This document shows, in pieces, positions 10,507 to 20,957 of a DNA stretch of 64,000 nt. Where the stretch lies: the NCBI GenBank assembly GCA_021734165.1, contig JAIPJL010000001.1:8792-72791 (forward strand), written 5' to 3'. The notes beneath the pieces were generated by a model. That model made no database searches. It saw only the letters and a list, made by a program, of their open reading frames with translations, and was not told where the DNA came from. Made by a program: the position numbers and the translations under genes. This stretch comes from a bacterium (lineage in GTDB: Bacteria; Electryoneota; AABM5-125-24; Hatepunaeales; Hatepunaeaceae). The number at the start of each line of letters is the position of its first letter. Positions within the stretch are counted from its first letter, which is position 1.

Positions 10507-11318
10507 TACGACTTTTCCAACTCCTTCGCCTCATCCCAGTAGTCATCCATCTTTTCGAGCGTGACATCCTCTGGAGTTAATCCTTCTTCAGCCAGTTTCT
10601 TCTCGATGTAACTGAAACGGTTAATAAACTTACCTATTGTAGATTGGAGTGCAAGCTCCGGACACTTTCTGACATATCTTGCAACGCAAGCCGTCATAAA
10701 GAGCACATCACCAAGTTCGTCATTAATCTGATCGGAATCACCGTTAGCGATTGCCTGTTTCAGCTCAGCAACCTCTTCATCCAGCTTTTTCAACGCATCA
10801 TTAACGTTAGTCCACTCAAATCCAACCTTACCAGCCTTTTCAACCACTTTACGAGCTCTTAACAATGCAGGCATACTGGCAGGGATTGCTACTAAGCTGG
10901 TCGTATGTGAGCCTTCGGTACTTTTAGCATTCAACCATGAAGATAACGCTTCCTGTTCGTTATTTGCTTCAACATCCCCGAATACATGCGGGTGCCTGCG
11001 GATCAGCTTATCAGACAACTCCCTTGCAACATCACCAATATCGAAATCACCTCTCTCCGAAGCGAGTTGTGCATGAAAAATCACTTGCAAGAGCAGATCG
11101 CCAAGTTCCTCGCGCATCTCATCAACGTCACCTTTCTTGACACTATCAATAAACTCATAGCTCTCTTCAAGTAGATTTGGCAACAAAGATTCGGGAGTCT
11201 GTGCAGCATCCCAGGGGCAACCGCCGGGAGCGCGCAAGCGTGCCATGATTTGGATTACTCTTGCAAGATCTGGTAGCATATCGGGTGCTGATGTTTCTTT
11301 TCTATCGTGTGTTTTCAT
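10506..11318 (-). CDS. mazG: Nucleoside triphosphate pyrophosphohydrolase MazG (tandem MazG domains)
   Basis: IMARLRAPGGCPWDAAQTPESLLPNLLEESYE, plus a second EELGDVLF repeat. Confidence 0.85.
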   Translation of the reverse strand: MKTHDRKETSAPDMLPDLARVIQIMARLRAPGGCPWDAAQTPESLLPNLLEESYEFIDSVKKGDVDEMREELGDLLLQVIFHAQLASERGDFDIGDVARELSDKLIRRHPHVFGDVEANNEQEALSSWLNAKSTEGSHTTSLVAIPASMPALLRARKVVEKAGKVGFEWTNVNDALKKLDEEVAELKQAIANGDSDQINDELGDVLFMTACVARYVRKCPELALQSTIGKFINRFSYIEKKLAEEGLTPEDVTLEKMDDYWDEAKELEKS

Positions 11319-11378
11319 CTTGGAATGGGTTAAGTTAGATTTTGCTCAATATCTACAACCTAAACGAGTAATACGCTG

Positions 11379-11891
11379 CTATAACAATGTAATCGGTAAT
11401 CCAATCCTAATAGCACTATTGTGATCAGCGAGTATTACTCTCGGAATATTGAGGAGTGTTAGTTTTCCTGACAGCAACCTGTTAAGTTCATCTTTGATAG
11501 GGTGAAGAAGAGGAAGGTTGGTGTGGTTTGTTTTTATTACGTGAAATACCCTTATTTTCTTGGTGTGGTCGTAGATTCTGAAATCTTCAGGTATATCCCC
11601 TCGTATTTCGCTTCCTTTGGGAGTGTTTAACCATGTTGCACATAGCAGAAAAAGAGTGTCTATTGTTTTTTCAAGTAGGACTATTGTTAAATCATCTTCT
11701 TGGAAACTATGCATAGAATAGTTTTTTACTTCAAGCAGATTGATGCGATTTCTGTCTATATCGAACCAGCAATAATCCATTTCCCGAAGATTCTTACCTT
11801 TCAAATGAATATATGTTTGCAATTCCTGAATACGAAAACTCGCTCCATCCGGTAGTGTAATCCGTAAACCAGACTCCTCGTAAACAGGCAT
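11379..11891 (-). CDS. Small partner protein of the upstream ATPase, a putative PD-(D/E)xK-type nuclease-fold protein
   Basis: Its start is 1 nt after the ATPase stop, indicating translational coupling. The FDID...LLEVKNY arrangement resembles D...(D/E)xK. This is an inference, and no other family was recognised. Confidence 0.4.
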   Translation of the reverse strand: MPVYEESGLRITLPDGASFRIQELQTYIHLKGKNLREMDYCWFDIDRNRINLLEVKNYSMHSFQEDDLTIVLLEKTIDTLFLLCATWLNTPKGSEIRGDIPEDFRIYDHTKKIRVFHVIKTNHTNLPLLHPIKDELNRLLSGKLTLLNIPRVILADHNSAIRIGLPITLL

Positions 11892-11892
11892 A

Positions 11893-12945
11893 TTAATCCT
11901 CTAAATCTATTCTTATGTCTTCCTCAAACAATTTAACTGATACATCAACAATCCTGTTTTCAGGCAAACCCTGATCCATATCTCCGGTTTCTGCATTTAT
12001 TCCTTGAAAAGCACCCGCTTCATTTTCGACTTTATTGAGAGAACAAAATGAAACACTCGTGTTCGTTTGACGAGCAAGCATCTCGATCTTCTTGATTACA
12101 AAGTAGCTGTGCGTAGCTATATATACCTGCACACCTAACTTCGTGAAATCAAAAAGGACATCCATTAACTTAATTATTGCATCAGGATGCAGGTTATCTT
12201 CTGGTTCATCAATGAAAAGAATAGTATTTCTGTTTATTGATCTGTTGTTTAAAAGATGCCTTAATATTCCGATCTTCTTTACACCTTCAGCAGTTTGAGA
12301 CATCGTAAATGTCTTCTTTTGGGCGGTATATATAAACTCATCGTCTGACTTCTCTATCTTGCCACCGAGTATATTATCCAATCTATTTCGACCCGACAGT
12401 AGATCTAATTGAATTCTTCCACTTACGGATGGTAATAGGAGTAATTCCACTAAATCAAAATAAGTGTCATCATATCCGAGAATGGGTTTCTGACCTTTAC
12501 GCGATTCATAGATAATGTCAAGGGTTGTTAGTACTTCTTTTGGTGGAAAGAATATTGTATTAGCATCTGTCGCTGTTACAAGTTTATTACAATCTCTAAT
12601 CAAGCTAGTTGTATCAGTTCCAAATGCGAAATGATAACTTTGAAAATTCAACTTTAAATCAACGGCTAATCTACTTCCGCCCTTGGAAACTAATTCACCA
12701 AGTTTAAGCCGAGGAGGAAGGAATGTCCAACTTAACTTTTCTGCAAGCAATTCACTCCAATTGTGTTTACTACCTTCTGGTTGCTTACGATAATTATCTA
12801 AACTCTTTATAGCAGCATACATCAGTTTAAGGAGTTGCGTCTTGCCGGTACCGTTTTCGCCGACAATTACATTTAAAGCATGGTGATTTTGCCAATTTAA
12901 TTCGTCAAGAGGTCCAAATTTTTCGATTATAATCGATTCTAACAT
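11893..12945 (-). CDS. AAA_21/ABC-type (SMC-head-like) ATPase of OLD/Septu/PARIS-like type. It is not RecF.
   Basis: Walker A is VGENGTGKTQ. Walker B plus the family-diagnostic motif is ILFIDEPEDNLHP. A histidine switch ATHS is present. The gene sits 17 nt downstream of gyrB. Confidence 0.75.
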   Translation of the reverse strand: MLESIIIEKFGPLDELNWQNHHALNVIVGENGTGKTQLLKLMYAAIKSLDNYRKQPEGSKHNWSELLAEKLSWTFLPPRLKLGELVSKGGSRLAVDLKLNFQSYHFAFGTDTTSLIRDCNKLVTATDANTIFFPPKEVLTTLDIIYESRKGQKPILGYDDTYFDLVELLLLPSVSGRIQLDLLSGRNRLDNILGGKIEKSDDEFIYTAQKKTFTMSQTAEGVKKIGILRHLLNNRSINRNTILFIDEPEDNLHPDAIIKLMDVLFDFTKLGVQVYIATHSYFVIKKIEMLARQTNTSVSFCSLNKVENEAGAFQGINAETGDMDQGLPENRIVDVSVKLFEEDIRIDLED

Positions 12946-12962
12946 TGTTCTTCCGCTTAACT

Positions 12963-14951
<1,989 letters not shown>

Positions 14952-15314
14952 TTATTCAAACCTGATGTCTGCAACAACAGGTTCACCGACGGCATCATTG
15001 AGCTTCCTACGAATAACTTCTTTATCATAACTAAGCTCATTTCGCCAGACAGCATTTTTCACCTTAACTCGAAGAATGCCATTACTAATCGATATCGGTG
15101 ATGTAACTTTAATTATCTCTTTACCAACTACCTGTTCCCAGACAATAATCGCTCTTTGAGACTTAATTATTTTCTGGCAACCAAGTTTGTTCGTGAGATC
15201 ATCTATAGCTAAGCCAAGAGGAATCGAATCTCGCCTATGAGGAAGTTCGCTAACCCATTTCAGATAACCCGTCAGCCTTTTCTGGCTTTGGGGTTTCTTC
15301 TGTTGAAACGACAT
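14952..15314 (-). CDS. DUF721-family protein, the RecF-operon-associated small Zn-ribbon-like protein
   Basis: It is 120 aa and sits in the conserved dnaN-(recF)-DUF721-gyrB position. A typical basic N-terminus is present. Confidence 0.65.
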   Translation of the reverse strand: MSFQQKKPQSQKRLTGYLKWVSELPHRRDSIPLGLAIDDLTNKLGCQKIIKSQRAIIVWEQVVGKEIIKVTSPISISNGILRVKVKNAVWRNELSYDKEVIRRKLNDAVGEPVVADIRFE

Positions 15315-15322
15315 TTATAAAC

Positions 15323-16441
15323 CTACTTGAGCCTGATAGGCATCAGCAGCATTAAATGATCTTCATCTTCCTGTTGACCGGTGGCTGTAACTACGGCAGC
15401 ATCATTAGTTGATTTTAGCGCAAAAACGACTTCTTCTGTATCTATCTGACGCAATACATCAATAAGATAGCTTGAATTGTAGGCAATCTCAAGTGGCTCA
15501 CCACTGTAATCAATTGCGATCTTTTCTTCACCGCGACCACCAAGCTCGGGATCTTCTGTTTCAAGCTTCATATCCATGTCTGAAATAGAAAGCTTAACCT
15601 GATGTGAAATCTGGTTTGCAAAGATCGATACTCTACCAACAGTAGCCATAAACTCATCAGCATTGACTGTCATCTTATACGGATTATCATCAGGAATTAC
15701 ACTTTCATATTTCGGGTAATGACCATCAATAAGCCGTGTGATTAGTCTTTGATGCTCAGTATAGAAATATGCTCTGGTTTCAGCAATTCCGATCTCCGGT
15801 TCGTCAGCATCATCCAGACTGCGTGTTAATAGATTCAGGGCTTTCATAGGTATCACTACATCACGAGCTTCACCTGAAAATTCAATTCCTCGCCTGATGA
15901 TTCGAGATAATCTATGTCCGTCTGTAGCTACGACACGTAGTTCATTTGATCTGATCTGCATTAATATACCGGTAAGTATAGGACGCATATCATCACGTGA
16001 TACTGCAAAAACTGTTTTTGAAATCAACCTTTTTAAGAACTCGCCACTTATCTTGAAGTTAATCTTCGCCTCGACAGAAGGAAGCTCCGGAAAATCCATA
16101 GGATCACCACCTGGAAGAGTATAAACGCCAACACCTTCACAGTTAAGTGTAACCTTTCTGCCTTCATGGACTTCCACCTCAAGAGGTACATCCGGCAGTT
16201 TGCTCACAAGCTCTTGTAGCCTCTTTGCCTGAATTAAAACACTACCATCTCCTTCTGACTCTATAATCTCAACTTTTGAAGTTATAGTAATCTCAAGATC
16301 TGTCGCAGTAATATCAAGACTACCATCTTTCAGTCTGAAGAAAATGTTACCAAGTGAAGGCATAGGCATTCTCACAGGTACTGCGCCCATAACCCGTTGG
16401 AGACTTCTATGTATCGAAGCCTGAGTGAACGTAAATTTCAT
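15323..16441 (-). CDS. dnaN: DNA polymerase III beta sliding clamp
   Basis: N-terminus MKFTFTQASIHRSLQRV, three clamp domains and 372 aa in total. It lies directly downstream of dnaA. Confidence 0.9.
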   Translation of the reverse strand: MKFTFTQASIHRSLQRVMGAVPVRMPMPSLGNIFFRLKDGSLDITATDLEITITSKVEIIESEGDGSVLIQAKRLQELVSKLPDVPLEVEVHEGRKVTLNCEGVGVYTLPGGDPMDFPELPSVEAKINFKISGEFLKRLISKTVFAVSRDDMRPILTGILMQIRSNELRVVATDGHRLSRIIRRGIEFSGEARDVVIPMKALNLLTRSLDDADEPEIGIAETRAYFYTEHQRLITRLIDGHYPKYESVIPDDNPYKMTVNADEFMATVGRVSIFANQISHQVKLSISDMDMKLETEDPELGGRGEEKIAIDYSGEPLEIAYNSSYLIDVLRQIDTEEVVFALKSTNDAAVVTATGQQEDEDHLMLLMPIRLK

Positions 16442-16932
16442 TTATTTTTCCTTTCTTACTGAGTAAATGCTCCTACTAAACGGAACTTACCCGTTCAATA
16501 ATGTATAAATTATCAGGTAAGATAGCAACACCTTTGAGTACCTTTTTACCTTTGTGAAAAATCGTATTTAAATTACTAAAGAATAATATATTATTTTAAA
16601 AATAATAGTGGTAATAATGGTGTTAATTTGTTGATAAAGATGCTGTTTTTGAACTTAATTATTCTATAAGTGTTGAATTATTTTGAACTAAAAGAATAAG
16701 GCGAAAATGTTAATAGTATTGTTAATAAGATTACTTTACGTTAATTAACATTAATAAAAAATAGAAATACTCGGATCCGCTTAGTTTGAAACTTATAGCT
16801 AATATATATTAACATTAGGTTTCAAAATTGGTTAATAAAGAGAGAAAAAAGCGTTAGTTTATGTTTATCCCGGTACGACATATAAACTAACGCAATTTTA
16901 AAACTCTGTTGACTTTTTATCAGCATGTGAGA
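16442..16932. promoter_or_regulatory. Candidate oriC: an AT-rich 491 bp dnaA-dnaN intergenic region
   Basis: Very AT-rich, with long A/T tracts that could act as a DNA-unwinding element. It contains TGTTGATAA (16629-16637), an 8/9 match to the reverse DnaA box TGTGGATAA, and several TTATC(A/C) fragments. Confidence 0.45.
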
Positions 16933-18327
16933 TTAGATTAAAGCAATGTCAATATCCCTTCGGATTTTTGCGATCATTTCTCTAACTTTAACATTATTCT
17001 CGATGAGTTCATTTACTACTTTCACAGCATGAATAACAGTTGCGTGATTTCTCCCGCCAAAATGCAGTCCGATAGTTTTTTGTGTTAGAATTGTGTATTC
17101 AGTAGTCAGATACATAGCGATATGTCTGGCTCTTACGACTTCTTTTTTTCGTGTTTTCGACCGGATTAAATCACTTGGTATATCCATCTCCCTGGCAACC
17201 ATTTCCTGGATTTGATCCACTGATATCGTATAGGATGGCTGGTTATGTTGTTTCTTGATAGCCTCACGAGCAAGATCAAGGGTTATTTCACGTCCCATTA
17301 GGGATGATTGAGCGAGAAGCTGAATTAACGCACTCTGTAAAGAGCGAATGTTAGTCGAGATGTGAACTGAAAGGAAATGGGCAATATCGTCTGAGATGTC
17401 GATGCCATTTTCTTTGGAGAGGTTCTTTAATATTGCCAGTCGTGTTTCATATTCAGGTTTTTGTACTTCTGCGACAAGTCCCCATTGCAACCGACTAACA
17501 AGTCTTTTATCGAAACCGTTAAGTTCATTTGGAGGACGGTCTGAGGAAAAGACCAGTAATTTACCTACCTGGTGAAGTGAGTTAAATGTATGGAAAAACT
17601 CCTCCTGAGTTTTCTCCTTAGTCATAAAGAATTGGACGTCATCAAGCAAAAGTAGATCTACATTTCTATAGTTTTTTATAAAGACGTCTTTTTTTCCATC
17701 CTGAATGCCTTTGATAAAATCAGATGTAAACTGTTCGCTTGTAACATAGAGTACTTTTTTTACCCGACCGAGTTCAACAGCGCGATTACCTATAGCCTGC
17801 ATTAAATGTGTTTTACCTAATCCGGAACCACCATAAATAAGTAGCGGATTGAAGGGATTTTTTCCTGGTGTTTCAGCAAGCGAGAGAGCTGCCGCGCGCG
17901 CAAAGCTATTGCAATCGCCTTCAATGAAATTACTAAACCTATAACGTGGATTTAGATGAGTGTAACTGGCGCTGATGCTTAAAGTTGATGTATAATCAGA
18001 AGTTGGCGCTGATTTTTCTCTGTAGGCAATTCGTTCGCTTATAATTTGAGGTTTGCCTGGATTGATGTCGTACATAACCACAATATTTTCACCGAGCACG
18101 TCTTTAACAGCTTGATGCAGCGGATCATGGTAATGACTCTCAATCCAGTCATGGCAAAATTGACTTGGGATACGGAGTGTTAGTGTCTTTTGGTCATATG
18201 CAAGAGCTTCAATAGGCTTAAACCAGGTGAGGTAGCTCTGTGGAGGAATGATATCTTGCAAGATTGTAGAAATTTTTTGCCAAACCATCTGTGGATGTTC
18301 ACTTGATTGAAAGGCTGGTTGGGTCAT
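16933..18327 (-). CDS. dnaA: Chromosomal replication initiator DnaA
   Basis: AAA+ Walker A is GGSGLGKTHL. The C-terminal DnaA-box binding domain is present (IAMYLTTEYT..IGLHFGGRNHATV). Confidence 0.95.
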   Translation of the reverse strand: MTQPAFQSSEHPQMVWQKISTILQDIIPPQSYLTWFKPIEALAYDQKTLTLRIPSQFCHDWIESHYHDPLHQAVKDVLGENIVVMYDINPGKPQIISERIAYREKSAPTSDYTSTLSISASYTHLNPRYRFSNFIEGDCNSFARAAALSLAETPGKNPFNPLLIYGGSGLGKTHLMQAIGNRAVELGRVKKVLYVTSEQFTSDFIKGIQDGKKDVFIKNYRNVDLLLLDDVQFFMTKEKTQEEFFHTFNSLHQVGKLLVFSSDRPPNELNGFDKRLVSRLQWGLVAEVQKPEYETRLAILKNLSKENGIDISDDIAHFLSVHISTNIRSLQSALIQLLAQSSLMGREITLDLAREAIKKQHNQPSYTISVDQIQEMVAREMDIPSDLIRSKTRKKEVVRARHIAMYLTTEYTILTQKTIGLHFGGRNHATVIHAVKVVNELIENNVKVREMIAKIRRDIDIALI

Positions 18328-18563
18328 ATCTTATGTTCCTATGGGATAAGGACTTATGTTTACTGCTACATGTGATAGAAAATATATACAGGACTTGCAT
18401 TTGAGTCAAGTGTTTAACGCGATTTAATTATTCTTAAACACATTAATACAAATTAAGGGAAATTCCATTTAAACAAGGAATAAGCCATATTAAGATTTTT
18501 AAAAGGTGTCTAAGGCGGTATATAATTCTATGTTGTGCATTAATAGAAGGATGCGTGTATTTA

Positions 18564-20306
18564 TCACTTACCTGTTTTCAACCAGATTGGATTCGAGTAT
18601 GCGAATCGAGTTGAGCCATTATGCAGGCGAGTGTGAATTTCTGCTCTTAGATAAAGCTCGCCTTGAAGCTGAAACTCAATACCCTTGTAATATATTGGTT
18701 CATTATTATTTACATCAAAATTCACTTGGAAGATTGATTTTTCGTCACCGGAATTATAAGTATTAACAATAATTCTTTCTATACAGCCGAATTCTTCTGA
18801 TGATTGACATGTGACTCGTATAAGGGAGTTTGGATCAGATAAGGTCTCGTCTCCGGATAAAAATTTCTTTGATTGATTTAGGACAGTCAATTCGAGGACT
18901 GGTCCGCTACTAATAACAGTCCTTCCAAGTTCTAAAGCTTTTAGAACATTTTGCACAGTGGGAGTTTCGTTGATGTACACATGAGTAGTGGATTTACCAA
19001 AGATAAAGTTATCATGTTCATGCAGTGAAAGCATCGGCATTTTTACCTGCCTGAAACGATTGAAGTTGCCATGTGCATCATTACCGGCGTATATATAACG
19101 TCTTTCACCCTTCAACAGCGCTGTTATCCATTTTTCTAATCCGAGATAAAAATCCTTTTCCGGATTTCCGTTGAGTATCTGCCATCCGCTAAGTCCGGAA
19201 GCGCTCAGATCGCTATCCTGCCAGATACTTCTATTAACCAAATGCTTTTGCAGAAATGGTACAGGGGAAAATGGATGCGCCGCTATAGTAACCGAATTCT
19301 CTGACAGAGCGGCTATGGCATGTCTGACGGTAAATTGGCTTCTCGTCTGAAACCATTCCTGAGCGCTGTCACCTGTGCCCTGTAGGAATCTTTGCTCACC
19401 AAGAACCAGCATGTGGACGTTTTTTCCATTGGATGCTCGACAGGTCAGTTCCTCACCCGGAACGAGTACAACACTACCGGGCATTTTATTGAGACGTTTA
19501 ACATGAGACAGGAATCCGTGCCATTTAAGGAGTTGCGGATCATCGTGAAGATAGTCATCGATCATGTCATCGAGGTTGTATGAGTGGTCGGTAAGGCTTA
19601 CCCAGTCGAGTCCCAGCGCATCCGCTGTTGATTTTATGGCTTCGAGAGGAGCTCCGAACTCAACCTGATCGCAGCCGTATTCAGTGTGGGTATGCAGTTC
19701 TCCGGCATACCAGCCTGGCAGCTTCGGTAGTGGCTCGGCAGCGAGAAAGACCTCAAGCGGAGCTTGTGATAGCCCATGATAGTTATCCTGACTAACATCC
19801 CATGTGCGTTTTTTATCTTGAAGATGAGCGGTTGCTTCGATCTTGACCAAACCAGGTGGAAAATCAGACACATCCACGTCTGAGACGCAGTGCCAGAGGG
19901 ATTTGTTAATCCACAGGTTCAACGGTATGTTGAGCGACTGCGATTTTTCGCCGTTGCTGATCCTGATGTCAATACTCTCGAGCTTAACCGGAAAATGGTG
20001 GGCGTCTTTGATGATCATTGTTATCGGCAGATTGTGATTGGGTTCCAGCCTGAAGGGAGCGTCGAAGATTACTTCCGGCTCACGCCTGAAGTATCTGCTG
20101 AAAGGAAAACCGCGAAAGCGATAGTGAGTCTCAGCGTAGAGCCCGATCAGGGGGATTAGATCGGGGATGTTTATGTTAGTTGGATCAATCAAGGTTTCCG
20201 ATAATAACACAGTAGTGGTGTCAGGTATCCTCGCCCTGCAGCGCTTCCGTTGAATTATCACCCGGAGTAACGAAGCTTGCTTCGTTGTAGAGCAGCGCTC
20301 AGGCAA
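18564..20306 (-). CDS. PHP-domain metal-dependent phosphoesterase with unknown N- and C-terminal regions. The start is uncertain.
   Basis: PHP motifs: GELHTHTEYG (HxH), SLTDHS, VLVPGEELTC, IAAHPFSP and AGNDAHG. The first Met of the ORF may not be the true start. Confidence 0.6.
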   Translation of the reverse strand: MPERCSTTKQASLLRVIIQRKRCRARIPDTTTVLLSETLIDPTNINIPDLIPLIGLYAETHYRFRGFPFSRYFRREPEVIFDAPFRLEPNHNLPITMIIKDAHHFPVKLESIDIRISNGEKSQSLNIPLNLWINKSLWHCVSDVDVSDFPPGLVKIEATAHLQDKKRTWDVSQDNYHGLSQAPLEVFLAAEPLPKLPGWYAGELHTHTEYGCDQVEFGAPLEAIKSTADALGLDWVSLTDHSYNLDDMIDDYLHDDPQLLKWHGFLSHVKRLNKMPGSVVLVPGEELTCRASNGKNVHMLVLGEQRFLQGTGDSAQEWFQTRSQFTVRHAIAALSENSVTIAAHPFSPVPFLQKHLVNRSIWQDSDLSASGLSGWQILNGNPEKDFYLGLEKWITALLKGERRYIYAGNDAHGNFNRFRQVKMPMLSLHEHDNFIFGKSTTHVYINETPTVQNVLKALELGRTVISSGPVLELTVLNQSKKFLSGDETLSDPNSLIRVTCQSSEEFGCIERIIVNTYNSGDEKSIFQVNFDVNNNEPIYYKGIEFQLQGELYLRAEIHTRLHNGSTRFAYSNPIWLKTGK

Positions 20307-20396
20307 GCCTGAACACTCCGGATTTAATTAACCAAAGTTGGATAGTTGATAAGCGACTGTATTTCAGGTTACAAGTAATCAACTGTTAATATATTT

Positions 20397-20957
20397 TCAA
20401 TCTCCGGCTAAAGCGCCTCGAATTCGCTCAAACTCTTTACAAGCTGCAACTAATGAATCAGGTGGAGATTCCAGTTCTTCCCCATTTTTGCAGTTATTTG
20501 CCAGCTTATCGACTAATTGATGTCCTTTCTTGCTTTCGCAAATCGTTCTGTATTCGTTTTTGTATTCTTTTTGTTCGGATTCATCAACATCAACACCATC
20601 CAGATAGGCTGCCCACGTTTCAATAGACCATTTGGGAATGACGTATATAATCTGTTCTTTTTCCGTTCTGGGTGGTTGAAATTTTGAGTCAAGAATCCTG
20701 GTCGCCTCTTTTACAGAATCTTCATCAGCGTCGCGAACTATTAGCAGGATGGTTGAGGCATGTCGTGTCCGGAGCGCTTTCGCTTCCTCACCAATTTTAT
20801 CTTCCACGAATTTTTTACCCGAACCTTTCTCTCGCGGGTAGGGACGGAAACGAAATTTGTAGATAGGAACTTTCCAGCCTGACCTTAAAAAGCGACGAAC
20901 GAAAACCTCATGGCTTTTATCCTCACAAAGGACAATGATCTCCGAGGCTTTACTCAT
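20397..20957 (-). CDS. TOPRIM-like small protein of DUF4276/RloB-like type, partner of the upstream ATPase
   Basis: An N-terminal IIVLCEDKSHE acidic motif followed by LLIVRDADEDS (DxD) fits the TOPRIM Glu...DxD arrangement. The gene overlaps the ATPase stop by 8 nt. Confidence 0.5.
   Translation of the reverse strand: MSKASEIIVLCEDKSHEVFVRRFLRSGWKVPIYKFRFRPYPREKGSGKKFVEDKIGEEAKALRTRHASTILLIVRDADEDSVKEATRILDSKFQPPRTEKEQIIYVIPKWSIETWAAYLDGVDVDESEQKEYKNEYRTICESKKGHQLVDKLANNCKNGEELESPPDSLVAACKEFERIRGALAGD

Noticed and set aside
10130-10567. Several ORFs of 64-112 aa on both strands across the DMT permease and mazG junction
   Set aside because: They are embedded in, or antisense to, well-supported CDSs. 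They are Arg/Gln-rich and have no motifs.
11893-12945. The 350 aa ATPase downstream of gyrB could be RecF, given its position in the dnaA-dnaN-recF-gyrB neighbourhood and its SMC-head-like Walker A.
   Set aside because: Its Walker B region is ILFIDEPEDNLHP followed by ATHS. This is the AAA_21/OLD-type motif rather than RecF's LLLDD. No LSxGQQ RecF signature is present, and the gene lies after gyrB rather than between dnaN and gyrB.
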